A stretch of 62,696 bases of DNA, filler included, from Rhabdomonas costata (Eukaryota), in assembly GCA_019059605.1 (NCBI GenBank). It is 26 parts of 26 records of this genome, joined end to end, with 100 filler letters (N's around TTAATTAATTAA, not from the genome) between each part and the next. Parts side by side here need not be neighbours in the genome. Positions count along the whole stretch, not along the records: positions 21,745 to 24,060 come from JAHMHO010004080.1; positions 24,161 to 26,475 come from JAHMHO010004081.1; positions 26,576 to 28,891 come from JAHMHO010004082.1; positions 28,992 to 31,305 come from JAHMHO010004083.1; positions 31,406 to 33,720 come from JAHMHO010004084.1; positions 33,821 to 36,135 come from JAHMHO010004085.1; positions 36,236 to 38,550 come from JAHMHO010004086.1; 19 more parts are not named here. One strand, given 5' to 3'. The position numbers were made by a program, and so were the translations under genes. Shown here one piece after another: positions 23,403 to 36,548 of this stretch (positions are counted from its first letter, which is position 1; each line of letters begins with the position of its first letter). A model generated the notes under the pieces. The model was not told the origin of the DNA. It searched no databases and worked only from the letters and a program-made list of their open reading frames with translations.

Positions 23403-26400
23403 CTGAAGAGACAGGCAGCGTATGTGTGGTGCGAACGCTGCCGGTTGCTAGCCGCCACTCTTAAACAAAGCAAAAAAAAGGGGGGGGGGAAAAAACGGGA
23501 TTGTACCTCCTGTGTTTGCTTCTTTTCCGCCTGTTCTCGTCGGTCTTTAGCTTTGACTTCTGACATGCAGCGGGTCATATTTCCTCTGAGACTGCAACAG
23601 TGGTCTGGGTGGAGGGCAAGCAGGTCGGAGCCCTCGCTGCTCCGCCACCTCCCCCTCTCTCTTTCCACTGGAACCGCGGAAAAGAGTGATGTCTGCGGGA
23701 TTTGACGGTACAAAAACCTGATGATATCAAGTGCCCCCTCTCCCCTCCCTCCGCAGACCCCGTGTCTGTTGCGTTTTCTGCCGTGGCGCGGGTAACTTGA
23801 TATCATTGTCCTCAACACACCTCACCCCAAGTGTTGGACATATGGGCATGTGTCCGTGCGTGGTGCATTTTTTGTATACTTATAGTGACGCACTTGCGGT
23901 CTTGTGGTGAAAAAAATGCGAGGCTCCGGAACTAATGGTAGCCGATGGGTGCCGATGGTGCCCCTCTTATGCCCACTGTACTATATTGAGTGGCGTTGGG
24001 GAGAGCGGGCGCACTGTTGAAGACAAATCGCCCTTTACACCTATATACCCATGCCCACCCNNNNNNNNNNNNNNNNNNNNNNNNNNNNNNNNNNNNNNNN
24101 NNNNTTAATTAATTAANNNNNNNNNNNNNNNNNNNNNNNNNNNNNNNNNNNNNNNNNNNNAACTCGGCAGTCCCAAGCGTTTGGAGCACCTTCAGGCGGC
24201 GACTGCACAAGACAACGGCGCGGGGGGAAGAGGGTTCGCCGAAAAAATTATTACACTCAGAAAAAGCGTACACCAAAGCTTACAACAGATTGCATTCAAG
24301 CTGGTTTGAAGTTGCAGTTAACCTGCTTTCCTCTGGCTTTCCTCCAGACGTCTGGATTACTCCAGCTACTGCCGACGCTCCTGATCAGTCATAACCCCCC
24401 CGACAGTTTTGTACCCCACCTTGTCCGAAACAAAGGTGGTAGCAAAGTGACAATTCCACATAGACTATTTCAAGCGGTTGAAAGTGAGCATCGTCAACCG
24501 TCAACCGTCGTTTTGTTGTGGGACTTCCTAAACTGGCGCCTGTGCTGTGCCCTGACTTCGGTGACGTTAGCTCGTGGCCGATGCTTAGTGTACTGCCACA
24601 ATATTAGGAGAACTGAGTCGTCCGTTCATTCTATGCTGAATCGAGTTTGTTCTACACGCGGTAGTCAAAAGGCGAAGGACCTTCTTGTTTGCTTTAGGAC
24701 ACTTTCGTGTACTTCTGCTCGATATGTTTACCACTTTTTTTTTTCAAAGCGTGGCTTCTCAAACCATGCTATTCTAGGTCCTTGGTTGCCTCGTCATTGT
24801 TACGGTTCAGGTATGTCAGTGTCGTTGAAGAGGAGCTCATGTATCAGGTGCAGCCCATGGAGACGCAGGGACTGCCCCAGACGACCCCCTCCTCAGCCCA
24901 CACCGCACACCCACTACGGGGACAAAAATATGCGCTGTCATAGAGGGAGGCTATTTCTTGGGCTGGAAACGGGCTGCGGGATGCGTGTCCAGTTGCTAGT
25001 TTTGCACCTCATTCGGAAGAAGAGGTTTCACAGCGGTTTCACACCGGGGTGCAGGGTGCTACCCGTTCCCCTTCAACCCCCCCCTCCCGGCGAGCATTTT
25101 ATATGCAGAATGGCTTGTTGCTCGCTTAGTGGCGTACGATTCCAAGTTTTTTCGTGCATATTCACCAGGCGGAATGTCATCTCTCTTTCCTTGGTACCCC
25201 GCCTGAGAGTGCGATGCACACTCCCTATCCGTGGCGCTGTTGTGTGTGAGCACCGCCACCAACGGCAGCCCTTCACCTGCTGCACCTTTGTGCTCTTTCC
25301 GTGGTGGTGGTTCGCTTTCGTTTCACTTGGGCTTTTCTGCTTTTTTCCTCATCGTTGCGAATGTGAACTCTTTCGTCATGCTCCTTTTTGAAGGGACGGC
25401 GACTACTTTCAGGAGCAAGCGCCCACCAACAGACACTTGTGCAGCTTGCACATTCTGTTATGTCTCGGATGGGGCAGCTGAGAGAGTGAAAGCGCGCGTG
25501 TTTTTGCTCGTTTTGTTCAGACTTCTTTTCTGGAAAATTGCTGCTAAGCTAAGTTGCTGTGAGACTTTGCAAAAATCCCCAAGGTACCTTCGCGTCATTT
25601 TGTTTCATCTTGGCGGAATGGGAATGGGCCAGACGAAAATGAACCGATTTACAAATTGTGGTTCGATTAGGTGGTTGGATGGGGTGGTTGATGGTGTGTG
25701 CGTGATGCCCTGTACCGGCCGTTTCGCACCTTTCTGTCCTTCATCATTGCAATCTGACTGAAACCCGCTTTTTGTTCGGTATCATCTGAGTGCCGCCCAA
25801 AAAGTGTGGCATCTTTTTCTTCATTTCGAGATTTCAGTGAGACGCGATGCTTCGGATGCGGGCGTAAATCTGTACAGCACCAAACTGCAGGCGTCGGGCG
25901 CTGGGTGGACTATGCATTGAATCCTGATTCTCCAAGCCTCAGTCAATTCTCAGCAGCAGTCACTGGTGGGCTATGCATCAAATCGCGATTCCCGGTTTCA
26001 AGAAAAATCAGCAGCATCCTGTGAGCCTCTGGTTGGCTGGCTTGGAATGATAAAACCACCAGCTTCTCAGCAAGGGATGAGAGGCGGTCATGCTGGTGCC
26101 GTTGGGAGCTTTGAAATTAGGTCGAAATTATTGGATGGCATGAGTGTCCGCGGTGGCCTCTTTTTAAATGATTATTATTTTCGAGTTTCCGGTTTCCACG
26201 CGGGCGTGGGCACGCAAAGCAGAGGTGCCATGCGCAAGACCGTTTCTGCCCCCGGTTCAGACAAGAACTGTACAGGCACTGAGGTCACTCCATGCTCCCA
26301 CCTCCCGCCTCCGTACTTCTACCCGCCGTCGGGATCGTCTTTTCTCGTTTTTTCTACCCCTCCTTTCTCGGAGGTAGGCTGCAGCACTGCACGCATCCCC

Positions 26401-28690
26401 ATAGGCAAGCCTAAGGATTTGGCAATTACCTTGACCAAATTTGATTTTGTAAGAGATATTTCCTTCCATCCCACANNNNNNNNNNNNNNNNNNNNNNNNN
26501 NNNNNNNNNNNNNNNNNNNTTAATTAATTAANNNNNNNNNNNNNNNNNNNNNNNNNNNNNNNNNNNNNNNNNNNNTGTGTTAGGTGAGTTTGGTGTTGTT
26601 TGGGGCAGTGTTTTAGTGTATGTAGGTAGTGTCGTAGCGCTGTCATTGTTTTCAGTTGCAAGCGTGTTAGCTGGTTTTGCAGTGGTGACAGACAGTATCG
26701 AAATCGTTAGCTTTTAAATTCGAACCAGGATCGGAACCCAGCGTTTTTTCTTGTGTCTTGTGTCGTATGCAACGTCAAACCTGCGTCGGGCCTCGAACAA
26801 AACCGAATATACTTAATGACAACGAGGGGAACTTGCAGTTTATTATTATTTTTATTATATTAGTTTTTTTATTTTATTAGCGTGAAGAAAAAGGCAATCA
26901 AGCTTGGCGAGACTCAATACTCTGATTCAGCGGTCTCGTAAATCCTCTTTCACGCCCTTTGTCAAGATCGGCTCCCTCACTTATGCTGTTCTCAAACTTT
27001 CCGATTGTTACTGTACCGTCGCCAAGAAAATTCCCACCAGTCCCCCGATTCGTTCCCTCCACTTCTTCCAATCCAGTCTCTTGTTTCCTTCGTTTGCCCG
27101 CGCGCCTCTCCTAGAAATTTTCGGGTAGTTCCTCTCTTAGAATTTACCTTGTCCGCAGCCTTTGTGTGCAAACTTTCCTCTCTTAGATTTGTGCCTTTTC
27201 TGCAACCTCCGTTTTGGGTTTTTTCTTGTTTATTTTTGGTTTGTGGGTTGGTTTGTGGGACCGTTCCCACCGTCCGAGAAGCACACGGATTCCCACCACA
27301 AGGCGCCGGGTAGCGGCAATCCAGGTTTGGAGTCGCGCAGAAACTGCGAAAAAGTCACGCTCGAGGTTAGTTCTGAAACGGCCCTTGCCGGGCATTTGAA
27401 AGCCTCGAAATCGACAATATATCGACGCTCAGGAATATATCCGCACCTTTACACCAGCTCAAGAATAAATCCGTTTGCAACGCACCGTTTGGAAAGCAAA
27501 GGCCATCATGTTAAAAACAAGCTGAACCTAAAATTGCGTGCCCTATGTGTTTGCGTTCAATCAAGTTTCCAAATGGACCCTTGTCACATAAAGATGCGAT
27601 CCTTTGCGAAAAATTCTATTTTTGTCCCTGATTTTCCTTCTCGGCTTCCGCATTCCGAATGGGTGTGTTGTAGAAACGACCGAGCGAACTGACGAGTGAC
27701 GGGGCGCGCCGGGCGCAGCTCGACCGCCCATTTTTCATCATACATGGGTGGGTGCGTTTCTTTTCTGCTTTCCCCCGGGGCGACCCGTGTATCTTTGTCT
27801 GTGTGTTGCTGTGTGTGTTCCTGTTGTGTGTGTGTGCACGCGCGCCTCCGTTTGTAGCAATTCCGCCCTTGCTATGTTTTTTGGTTGGATGGTAACAAAA
27901 TGAAAGATTATTCCCCAAGGTAGTCCCGAGGCATGGCCTACCAGAAAAACGCAAGCGTTGAAATCAACAAAAGAAATGCGGAAAACGCGGCACAAAACGC
28001 GGCACCTTTGGTGCGGAAAACTTTATTTATGGGTTTTGACACAGACCACGCCGCATGAAACTTTGGGCTAAACCAAACAGAATGGATCGTTTCGGCCAGC
28101 GTTTTGTTGTTGTTGAAAGCTCTTTCTCTTATCGCTGTTCTGGGGGTTCTCCCCTATTCGATGGGTGACATCCTTCGTGGTCACTCAGGGCGGTACCGGA
28201 TCGGACAGGAGACCCATGTTTGACCTAGAGGGACGGGTTGGGCTATTTGGTGGTATGTTTGTGCTCCCGTTATTAATTGATTGGCCGCTTCCCGGCCTTA
28301 AAGTCCTTCTCTTCGGCAAGATATGGCCCAATCAAGGTCCCATTTTGGCATTTTCGACTCAAGGGTGCGTTTTCGAAATTTTTGGGCATTTTTCGGCCGG
28401 GCATCATTGTGAGAGGGCTGGGTCTCCCGAACCTCGTACTGGTCTCAGGGCCCGGTTTACTGATACTTACTTTACAAAATACTTAACTGATTTCTATAGG
28501 AAGTTTAGCTTAACGTCCTCTCTTTCCCAATCCCAAAACAAAAGAGTTAGAAGTAAAGTTCCACGTGCACTTCGGAATTAGGAAAATACCTGGAATTGAA
28601 GGAAGGGAGAAGAGTGTGTAGAAGCGTGGAATAGGAAAGCAAATGTGCATGAAAAGAATGGGAAATATTTACATCAATTCAATGGCCTAC

Positions 28691-28891
28691 TTTTTTGGGT
28701 CAAATCAGGTAGTTTTGTGGGGTTGGGAGTTTTGGTCTAGCAAAAGGGGGTTTTTCAATTAGATTCCTTTAGTTTTGGTCTAATGCGGCAGTAAATTTCA
28801 AAACAAGACGGTAGGGTCAAGTGACCAAAAGGTCCGCGGGGGAAAAGCGGTACAAAAGGAAACCAAATGCAGGAAGAAAAGCACCAAAAAC
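28691..28891 (+). repeat. Dispersed repeat, copy 1 (truncated by the contig end)
   Basis: Aligns by eye to 58202-58390 with scattered substitutions and one indel of about 12 bp. Shared core: GGGTCAAGTGACCAAAAGGTCCGCGGGGGAAAAGCGGTAC. Confidence 0.9.
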
Positions 28892-28991
28892 NNNNNNNNN
28901 NNNNNNNNNNNNNNNNNNNNNNNNNNNNNNNNNNNTTAATTAATTAANNNNNNNNNNNNNNNNNNNNNNNNNNNNNNNNNNNNNNNNNNNN

Positions 28992-31305
28992 CTTGGCGGA
29001 GCAGAATGATCTCTCCGAGTTTACGGCGGTTCAGATCAGTGAGATGGCCTCTGCGCTGATGAGTCGAGACCTTGACGTAATGGTGCATGAACTGGAGGCA
29101 CGGCTTGGCACGGTGGTGACTGCATCTCAAATGACGCTGAAGTACACCTCAGACTTCGGGCTGAACATTTCTGTGTTTCCCGAGATGCTGGAAATTGGGA
29201 GAGAGGTAACTGTGACGATTTGATTTTTGGGTTTTTGCAGTGTGGGTGCGTATACTTGGGTCAAATTCTATTTTCACCATCACGTTTCTCACAAAGTTGC
29301 TCGCTTTACTGTTATCCGCACGTCTGTCAGCCCTCTGTCCAATAAGAATAGAATTGTTTCATCTGTGACGACAACACTGTCTTCTTTTTCTTGTCATTTT
29401 GTCATTTTTTGTGGCAATTGTGCAGACGTTTACCTTCGGACCTTCGGATCGAATCGTTGTTGTCTTGCTTTTTGCAGGTGTTTTCTTCACTGAGCATTGA
29501 GGTGGCCCATGGGGCCACGTTAATTGACGCCCTGTCTGGAACGGCCCTGCTGCTCCTGCAGGGTGTGGAGATGGGCAGCAGATCCTTTGCGCAGATCTAC
29601 AACGCAAGCACCTCGACGATGAGTATTTACGGAGTGGACCAGCAAACATCGAAAGTGGTGTACCCCCAAAGCCGGTGCTTCCTAGGACAATACATGTGCG
29701 ACTCTCCATGGCCAGACTTCCGCCAGGGGCCTGAGTTTCTTTTGGCCACCACGCTGCCCACGGGGGAAATGGCCTGGGGTCCGTTGTTGGTCTCTGCCGT
29801 TGGCCAGCTGTACATCAGCCTGGTGACTCCCATCCGAGAAAAGGTACAACTTGACTGGTCACAGGGTTCTGCTGGCTGAATGTTTTCTGGAATTCTCGCT
29901 TGTGCTTCTTTCCTCTTTTCGCCTGTGCCCATAGGATACTCCACATCGATTGCTCGGGATGGTCGAGCGAAGCCTATTCCTGTTTGCCCTGCACTCCTTG
30001 CTGGGCTCCGTGGTGAACTCTACATCTGGGCAGATGATGTACCTGGTGGACCTGTCCGGCACAGTGGTGGGGAGCAGTCACGAGGGCAAGGTGGTTTGCA
30101 CGCACGTCTGTTTTCGCCATGTTTCCTAAATGGAAAAGGACCGTCGTAAATACAAAGGACAATCGAGTGTTTTTTATCGGGGGCTTTCTCGCTCTGGGTC
30201 GCACCCCCGGCCTTTCACTGCGAGCTTGGTCATTTCCAAGTGCCTTTATTCTTTGGTGGGGGTCATTTGACCTTTTTGGTTTTTGAGTCTTGTGTTTCGG
30301 CAGTGCGTTACCAATGAAAAGACGCAAGCACTCACGGGGAGGTTAGTTTGCCCCTGCCTGTAAGGGAGTGTTTGGAGAATACATACATTTGCTTAATTTA
30401 ATTTGTTTTCTGCTAAAAATGGAAATTACATAGGGCTCTGGAACTTACGGGGACTCTTCGAAACTTTTTGATTCTTTCGTCCGCACAGAGCACTCCAGTG
30501 GTTAACGTCCGGAACTTCAGTGTTCCCGTGGTGAGACAGTCCGCGAAATGGCTACTGGATCGCTACGGCAGCTGGTCCGCGGTTGCCAGCAATGCCTCAG
30601 GCTACAACTTTGTCCCGATCACCAACGGCAGTGGCAGCCCCACGCAGTTCATTGTGCAGGCGCGGGCGGTGGATGTGCTGAACCTGCGGTGGGTGGCCGT
30701 TGTGGTCACCCCTTCAGCGTCGTACCTGGGGCATCTCAGGACGCAACAAGCGCTGCTTTCCGCGCGACTTCGGAACAACACGCAGCAAGCCATCGCGAAC
30801 TCAGTGCAACGTCAGGCCATTATGCAAAAGCAGGTGAGTTTCAAGCGCATCCCTCGTCATTCTGTTCATATTTGCCCCAGGAGTTACTTGCGTGTTTTTT
30901 CCTTCGTGGGATTTTGGTTTGTGTGATTGTGACTGTGTGTGACAGTTTGTATTTGTTTTTATATCTTTGTGCTCGAAAGAAGAAGACCGAGGAGACGGGG
31001 AAAACGGGAAAGAAAAGGGGAAGAAAAGAAAATGTGCTTGCGTTGAGTGTTCCGGTTACTCTTCAAGCTTGCTTGGTCTTGGCTTTCCTGTCTGCAGGTT
31101 TCGACCGTCATGCAGTATATTGTGGACGAAGCTGAAAAACCCAACACCCGAATCCAGGACCAGCTTCGGGTGATGCTTCTGACCTCGGTGTTTGTCAGCT
31201 TTGCAGTTGTTGTTGTTTCGGTGTTGCTGGCTGTGGGCCTCACGGTGGCGATCTCGGCGCCCTTAGTCCGGCTTGTGGATATGATTCATCGGATCGCCAC
31301 GATGG
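28992..31305 (+). CDS. Membrane sensor with Cache-like ectodomain, TM helix and start of a HAMP domain; probable receptor nucleotidyl cyclase (partial, 5 exons)
   Basis: Exons 28993-29205, 29478-29843, 29935-30090, 30489-30833 and 31098-31305 form one open frame through four phase-0 GT-AG introns. Cache-like elements: WGPLLVSAVGQLYISLVTPI, MYLVDLSGTVVGSSH, LRWVAVVVTP. TM: MLLTSVFVSFAVVVVSVLLAVGLTVAI. HAMP helix 1: SAPLVRLVDMIHRIATM. The output domain is off the contig. Confidence 0.8.
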
Positions 31306-31405
31306 NNNNNNNNNNNNNNNNNNNNNNNNNNNNNNNNNNNNNNNNNNNNTTAATTAATTAANNNNNNNNNNNNNNNNNNNNNNNNNNNNNNNNNNNNNNN
31401 NNNNN

Positions 31406-31523
31406 GGGTGTTGGGGATAATCTTTGTACTCCGGTGAATCGGGTTTCCTTGGACGAAGGGCACCCCATCTCTTGCCGGCGAAAGTCCTCACCCACCAGAG
31501 TACAAAGATTATCGCCAAGACCC
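31406..31523. repeat. Inverted repeat at contig start (31-bp arms, 56-nt spacer)
   Basis: 31406-31436 (GGGTGTTGGGGATAATCTTTGTACTCCGGTG) pairs with 31493-31523 (CACCAGAGTACAAAGATTATCGCCAAGACCC). Confidence 0.9.
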
Positions 31524-32593
31524 CAAGGCGAGGAAAAGAAACTAGATCCGCGACAACGTACAGCTTGCCGTCCTTCTGCAGTCCCTAAGAGTGGGATTGG
31601 GTGTTAGCGGTACGAGGGCAATGCACGTGAGACTCACATGGACCCAAGGACGAAGAACTGGTCTCACAGGGGTTAGAGGGCGACACACACCAGCTTAGCA
31701 ATTATTTGCAGTGCTAAAAACTCACAGAAACGCAAACTAATCGGCAGCACCTGTAACAAATCGATAGTCCCCGCTTCAAAGTTTTGCGCCCTGCACCCCT
31801 CCCCTCTCCTCCCAGAAGAGATATTACGTCATCCTTTTTAGAGCTCTGCCCAAAGACCACTGTGTGAGAAGACCACCGGATACGATCCAAAAGAACTGTA
31901 TCAAGGGATCAATGCCGCGCCGCCTCAGCGGCAAAAAAAAAATAAGCCACACCCAATGTGCCGTTCGCGCCTTTCCACCCTCTTTGGTGCTTCTCTTTTC
32001 CTACAAAGCTTGCCCTTCCCGAAACCAGGGCCGGCGTCTTTTCTTCCAAACGCTGCATTACAATTCTTGATGCCTATTCAGCTCATTTGCGGAAAAGCGA
32101 TAAGGGTTTGGGTCACTTGCAGTTGAAATTGTGATGTCTGAACATAATCGCAAAATCGCTAACTTCTCTCAAACAGCGACTGCAGGGGTGCTGTCGTGAA
32201 AGGGAAGCTAATCGCGATCACTGCAATGTGTGATAAACTTTGGCACAAATGTTAATCCTGGAGATTCTGAGCCCGGTTGTCGTCTTCTGAAAACACCAAG
32301 AGGCACCGACCCAAGCCCTAGTATGAATACATCTTCTGCAAGCATCACCGTCATCTCCATTTTTGTATTCCATACACAATAAAAAAATTCTATACGCCTT
32401 AATACCTTTCGAAATAGCAATGTTCTCGTTTTTCGTGCGTTCGTTGTTTTTGCACAAGGGTTTTATAACCACTTATAGACGTCTTTAGAAAGGCACCGGC
32501 ACTGCTCTGACCGTTCTGCTCCTACCCTCGTTCCCTGTCTACTCTCTCCTTCACTGTCTGACCCCCATCTCACAACCCCCGACCCCGACGGGT

Positions 32594-32770
32594 TTAGCTG
32601 ACGTGAGCGTTGGGCCACGCCGAGTAGGGCTGTCCCGAGGGCAGAGTCAGCGGGGTGTCATTCCAAAGCACCTTCCCCGAGGCGTCGGTGTGCAGCCCGG
32701 TCAGGAGCTTTTCCAGCTTCTTCTTGGGGATCTCCGCAGGCGCGACTCCCACCAGACCAGGGAAGCTCAC
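32594..32770 (-). CDS. Probable terminal exon of a hypothetical protein
   Basis: After TTTGGTCAG|, GC3-rich codons give VSFPGLVGVAPAEIPKKKLEKLLTGLHTDASGKVLWNDTPLTLPSGQPYSAWPNAHVS*. A possible upstream exon near 33420-33467 reads VLAASIENHTKVELVK. Confidence 0.5.
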   Translation of the reverse strand: MSFPGLVGVAPAEIPKKKLEKLLTGLHTDASGKVLWNDTPLTLPSGQPYSAWPNAHVS

Positions 32771-33820
32771 CTGACCAAACAATATGTTCCCACTTCGCTT
32801 CGCATCGAACCCAAGCAGCAGATTGGGGATAGAAGGGACCAAACTGTCTCTCCAGGAGCGATTTCGGGGTGCACCATTATCCCCTAAAGTTCCAGAGCGA
32901 ATTTACTCTAAAGCTGATACTCTTGAAACCCGCAGCTATCAAAGCCCACGTTGCAGAAGTCGCACGAATCAACGGCTAAGTTGTAAATTTTATATTTTTT
33001 TTCGTTCTGTGGAATCCAAATTGGTCTCACGTGACAGGAGTGCCTCATGTCAGAAGCACAACAGGCAATGACAAGAGGCCACTTTTCCCACGAGAGCAAA
33101 ATGGCAGCGAAAAACAAGAGGGGGAGGAAGGAATAGCGTCTCTCACCAGAAATGTCAGAAACAAGAACAGAAGTTCGGATGGGATGGGAATTCGAAAGTA
33201 AAAGGTAGGGGGGGACTTTTGAATGAACATTGCCACGAGTAAGTGAACCGGGAAGCAAGATGTCCGATGGATTTCCGAAATCAAACAGATTTAAAAATAT
33301 CCTCCAAAACTGATTACGATATGCATTGCGTTTCTCTCTTGAGAAGAGTACTCGAGGGCCTGGGGGAGGGGAGGGGGGAGCAGCGCAACCCGGTCCCCGG
33401 GCTTGGAGCCTTCCGGGACCTTCACCAGCTCCACCTTGGTGTGATTCTCAATCGACGCGGCCAGCACCTAAGCACACATACCGTGAACACCATTTCCACT
33501 GAAGCTGGATAGGTATCTGGAGAAAATGAATCTCCTGACGGGGACTGATTAGGGCCCGACGCGACATCAATTGCGGGTGTTCCGGAGTCTGGCGTAAACG
33601 GCTTCGTCCAGAGCTGTGAACATGGTGTCCAGGCGTTTTAACGGGAAAAGAGAGATTCAGAGCGGGATATGTTCACCCCAGGTGCGTGAGAACACATGCA
33701 TGATCGAAACACCAAACAAANNNNNNNNNNNNNNNNNNNNNNNNNNNNNNNNNNNNNNNNNNNNTTAATTAATTAANNNNNNNNNNNNNNNNNNNNNNNN
33801 NNNNNNNNNNNNNNNNNNNN

Positions 33821-33970
33821 GGTTGGTTGGAGTTGAGTTGCGCAGGGTTGGATTTTTCAAGCCATACCTTTGCACGCCAGTGGCTGCGTCACGGAACCTT
33901 CAGATGCAGACTCTGTGCCAAGGCATGGCTTGAAAAATCCAACCCTGCGCAACTCAACTCGAACCAAACC
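33821..33970. repeat. Inverted repeat at contig start (about 55-bp arms, about 39-nt spacer)
   Basis: Perfect 36-bp core 33830-33865 vs 33925-33960; mismatches occur only near the loop and at the contig end. Confidence 0.93.
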
Positions 33971-34340
33971 GAGCCATTGGTAGCCACTCCTTCACGCAGT
34001 TTTCCAAAGAGGAGGAAAATGAGGGAGAATGCATCGATTGCAATGCGCTGTACTTGCGTGGGACTTGGATTGACTTCAAGTGCATCATCTGAGAAGTGCG
34101 ATCTGTTACGTCGGAGCTGACGAGTCAATTGTAAATCAAGAATTTGTTGCGGGATGTTTGCTGTTTTGTGTTTGACCGTCGGCCGCGGGTCGCTAGCTCT
34201 TCTTCTTCTTCTTCTTCTTGCTTTCTTGTCAGATATTCCCACCTTTTATTTTTGTGCTGACCTCTTTTCGACCTTTTCCCCATTCCCTTCCTCTGTGTGC
34301 CCTTCCTTTGTGTGAATAATGACCTTTGACTGCTTGCCAG

Positions 34341-35714
34341 CGCTGGCCCACTCCTTGCGGGGATCTCTTACCACCGATGATGCGCGGCTGCTGGCCATTC
34401 TCTCCCCCGAAGGGATCGCGAAGTTGAACGTCGACCTGGATAGAGGTCCTCTCATTGCAGTCGCTGGGGCTGACTGTTTGTGTGAATGCTGTGAATGCTT
34501 GGCGACATTTAGTGGATTCTGCCTCGGGCTTCTCCTATTCTATTGCAGGCTATTACAGGCATTTACAGGCATTATCAAGGCGACATTGGATTTCTCATGT
34601 GCTGATGTGATTAAGTCCATAGATGGTGAAGTCTTTGACTTTTTAAGTAAGTGAGGTGGCAGTCAATAGTGTCAGGATTCCTGCTTTCTGGTTTCAGAAT
34701 CCCTTCCATCAATGTGGTACTAGGCCTTTTTTATTTGCCGCGTAGCGACCCCGTTTAAGTTTGACCGTTTTGGCCACCACAAACCTGTCGACGGAATGTC
34801 ATAGGTGTGGATGTGGCGAAGACCCTGGACCAAGTCAGGGCAGCCTACCTGCACCTCAAGCAGCGTCGGGCCACCTTGAAGGATCGGTTGTGCCCCAGAG
34901 CAAAGACATTGGCGGAACTGCTCCCCCGGCCCCTGACCACGGATGAGCTGGCACTCCTCGTGGAGGGCGCGGTAGATGAAATTTTGGACGAGATCACGGC
35001 TCGCTCTTCCTCGGTGTCTTTTCTTTGTTCGAAAAAAAAGGCGCGTTTGATATATCGTCTGCCTCGATTCTGGCGCCTTTCCCGAGGGTTGCTGCTCCTC
35101 AGAATGGCTTTCGCGCAACCCCAGTACCCTCATAAACTTCATCCTCTAGTATTCAGATCAGGCTCGTTGCCTTTTTTCTGTGTTTGCTCGCTTTTAGTCC
35201 TGTTCCGAATCAGATACACACCTCTCTCAAGTGCAGATAAAGATTTAACGTTCAAACACCTGCGGATATCTGTAGCGCCCTCTCTCCAACTTTAAGGTGA
35301 TACTGTGGGCATTATCGAGTGACTTGACTCTGTTGTACTGAAGTCCATGAACGATACAAACGGTACAAGCCAAAGGGCCTGACTGCCTCCCCGGTCCAAA
35401 TAGGCTTTCCTTCTTTTCGTAAAAGACAGACCAACGATGGTATCGTGGCTCTGAAGAAAGCAGTCCTGTTAGGCCGATGCCTTCGCCGTGTGGCAGCAAC
35501 AATGCGCGCACGCGGGTGTGTGCTGCAGAACAGCCGCATCGCCAGTGTACAATTTCCCCACTGCTTCTTTCCCCTGTTCGACATCCTCCAGGGCGAGCCC
35601 TTGGAGGAGGTGCTGGAGGAGCTCGCGGCGGCGCAGGGCGAGGGGTGGCGGCCCGTGGACCACCTGGTGCACTTCAACCTGTGCCTGGTGAAGATGCTGT
35701 GCAAGACGCTGTAG
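34341..35714 (+). CDS. Hypothetical protein, C-terminal exons
   Basis: Exons 34341-34445 (LAHSLRGSLTTDDARLLAILSPEGIAKLNVDLDR) and 34805 to about 35013 (GVDVAKTLDQVRAAYLHLKQRR...) are phase-compatible. A terminal coding block at about 35473-35714 reads ...FFPLFDILQGEPLEEVLEELAAAQGEGWRPVDHLVHFNLCLVKMLCKTL*. The last junction was not resolved. Confidence 0.55.
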
Positions 35715-36548
35715 CGAGAGGGGGTTGGAGGACGCAGAGAGGGTGCTTCTGGGAGGTCACACTTGTGCAACTTCCGAAGATGTCCGAGTGACTGTCAGAT
35801 GCTGACCTTCTGGGAAGTGCGAAGATGAGCGTGGGCGAAGAACAACATGCCCTCCATGCTGTTTCAAAAATATTCAGCATATGGAGGTGATTATTACCTA
35901 TGAAATCCAAGTTCCCAAGAAATTTTCTGGCCGGTCATGCCCATCACGTGCAGACTTGGTAGCATTTCTGGTGATGATGATGTTTGGACGGAGGCATGTG
36001 GAGATCATCGGAGTCTTTTGAAATGTTAGAATGCCGATGGCCTCCATTTTAATTTCCAGTGACATTTTGCAATGTCAATGCCAATGCCACTGCTTCTCGC
36101 AACCCACAAAGCAGACCGCCGTTGCCGAACCAGGGNNNNNNNNNNNNNNNNNNNNNNNNNNNNNNNNNNNNNNNNNNNNTTAATTAATTAANNNNNNNNN
36201 NNNNNNNNNNNNNNNNNNNNNNNNNNNNNNNNNNNGTTTTGGTGCCACCTCGGCGCTGGCCTTCGCCCCCACTATCGCTGTCCTGCTCGTCCGGCCATAT
36301 CCCAGCCGTTGGTGAGTGTTTAGCTGGCAGTAGTTTTCACCTGCTAAACAAAAACAATCATCTAGGGAGGCACTGTAAAAAGTAACTGACCCTCCTATAC
36401 AAAAATAAAGACAAAGGAATTTCAAGGGTGCTGGCAAATTTTACCTAACCGTTTTTTTACAAGGCCAGGGCAAACACTGGCAGGTGCCACTCAACATTGG
36501 GCCTGGAGGGGGGCGGAAGGAGGAGGAGGAGGTGGTGGTGAGCTCCAC

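Noticed and set aside
24306..25391. Longest ORF in the track (361 aa)
   Set aside because: TTG start, Cys/Arg/Phe-rich composition, T-tracts and no motif. More likely intron/UTR sequence around a small terminal exon at about 24811-24943.
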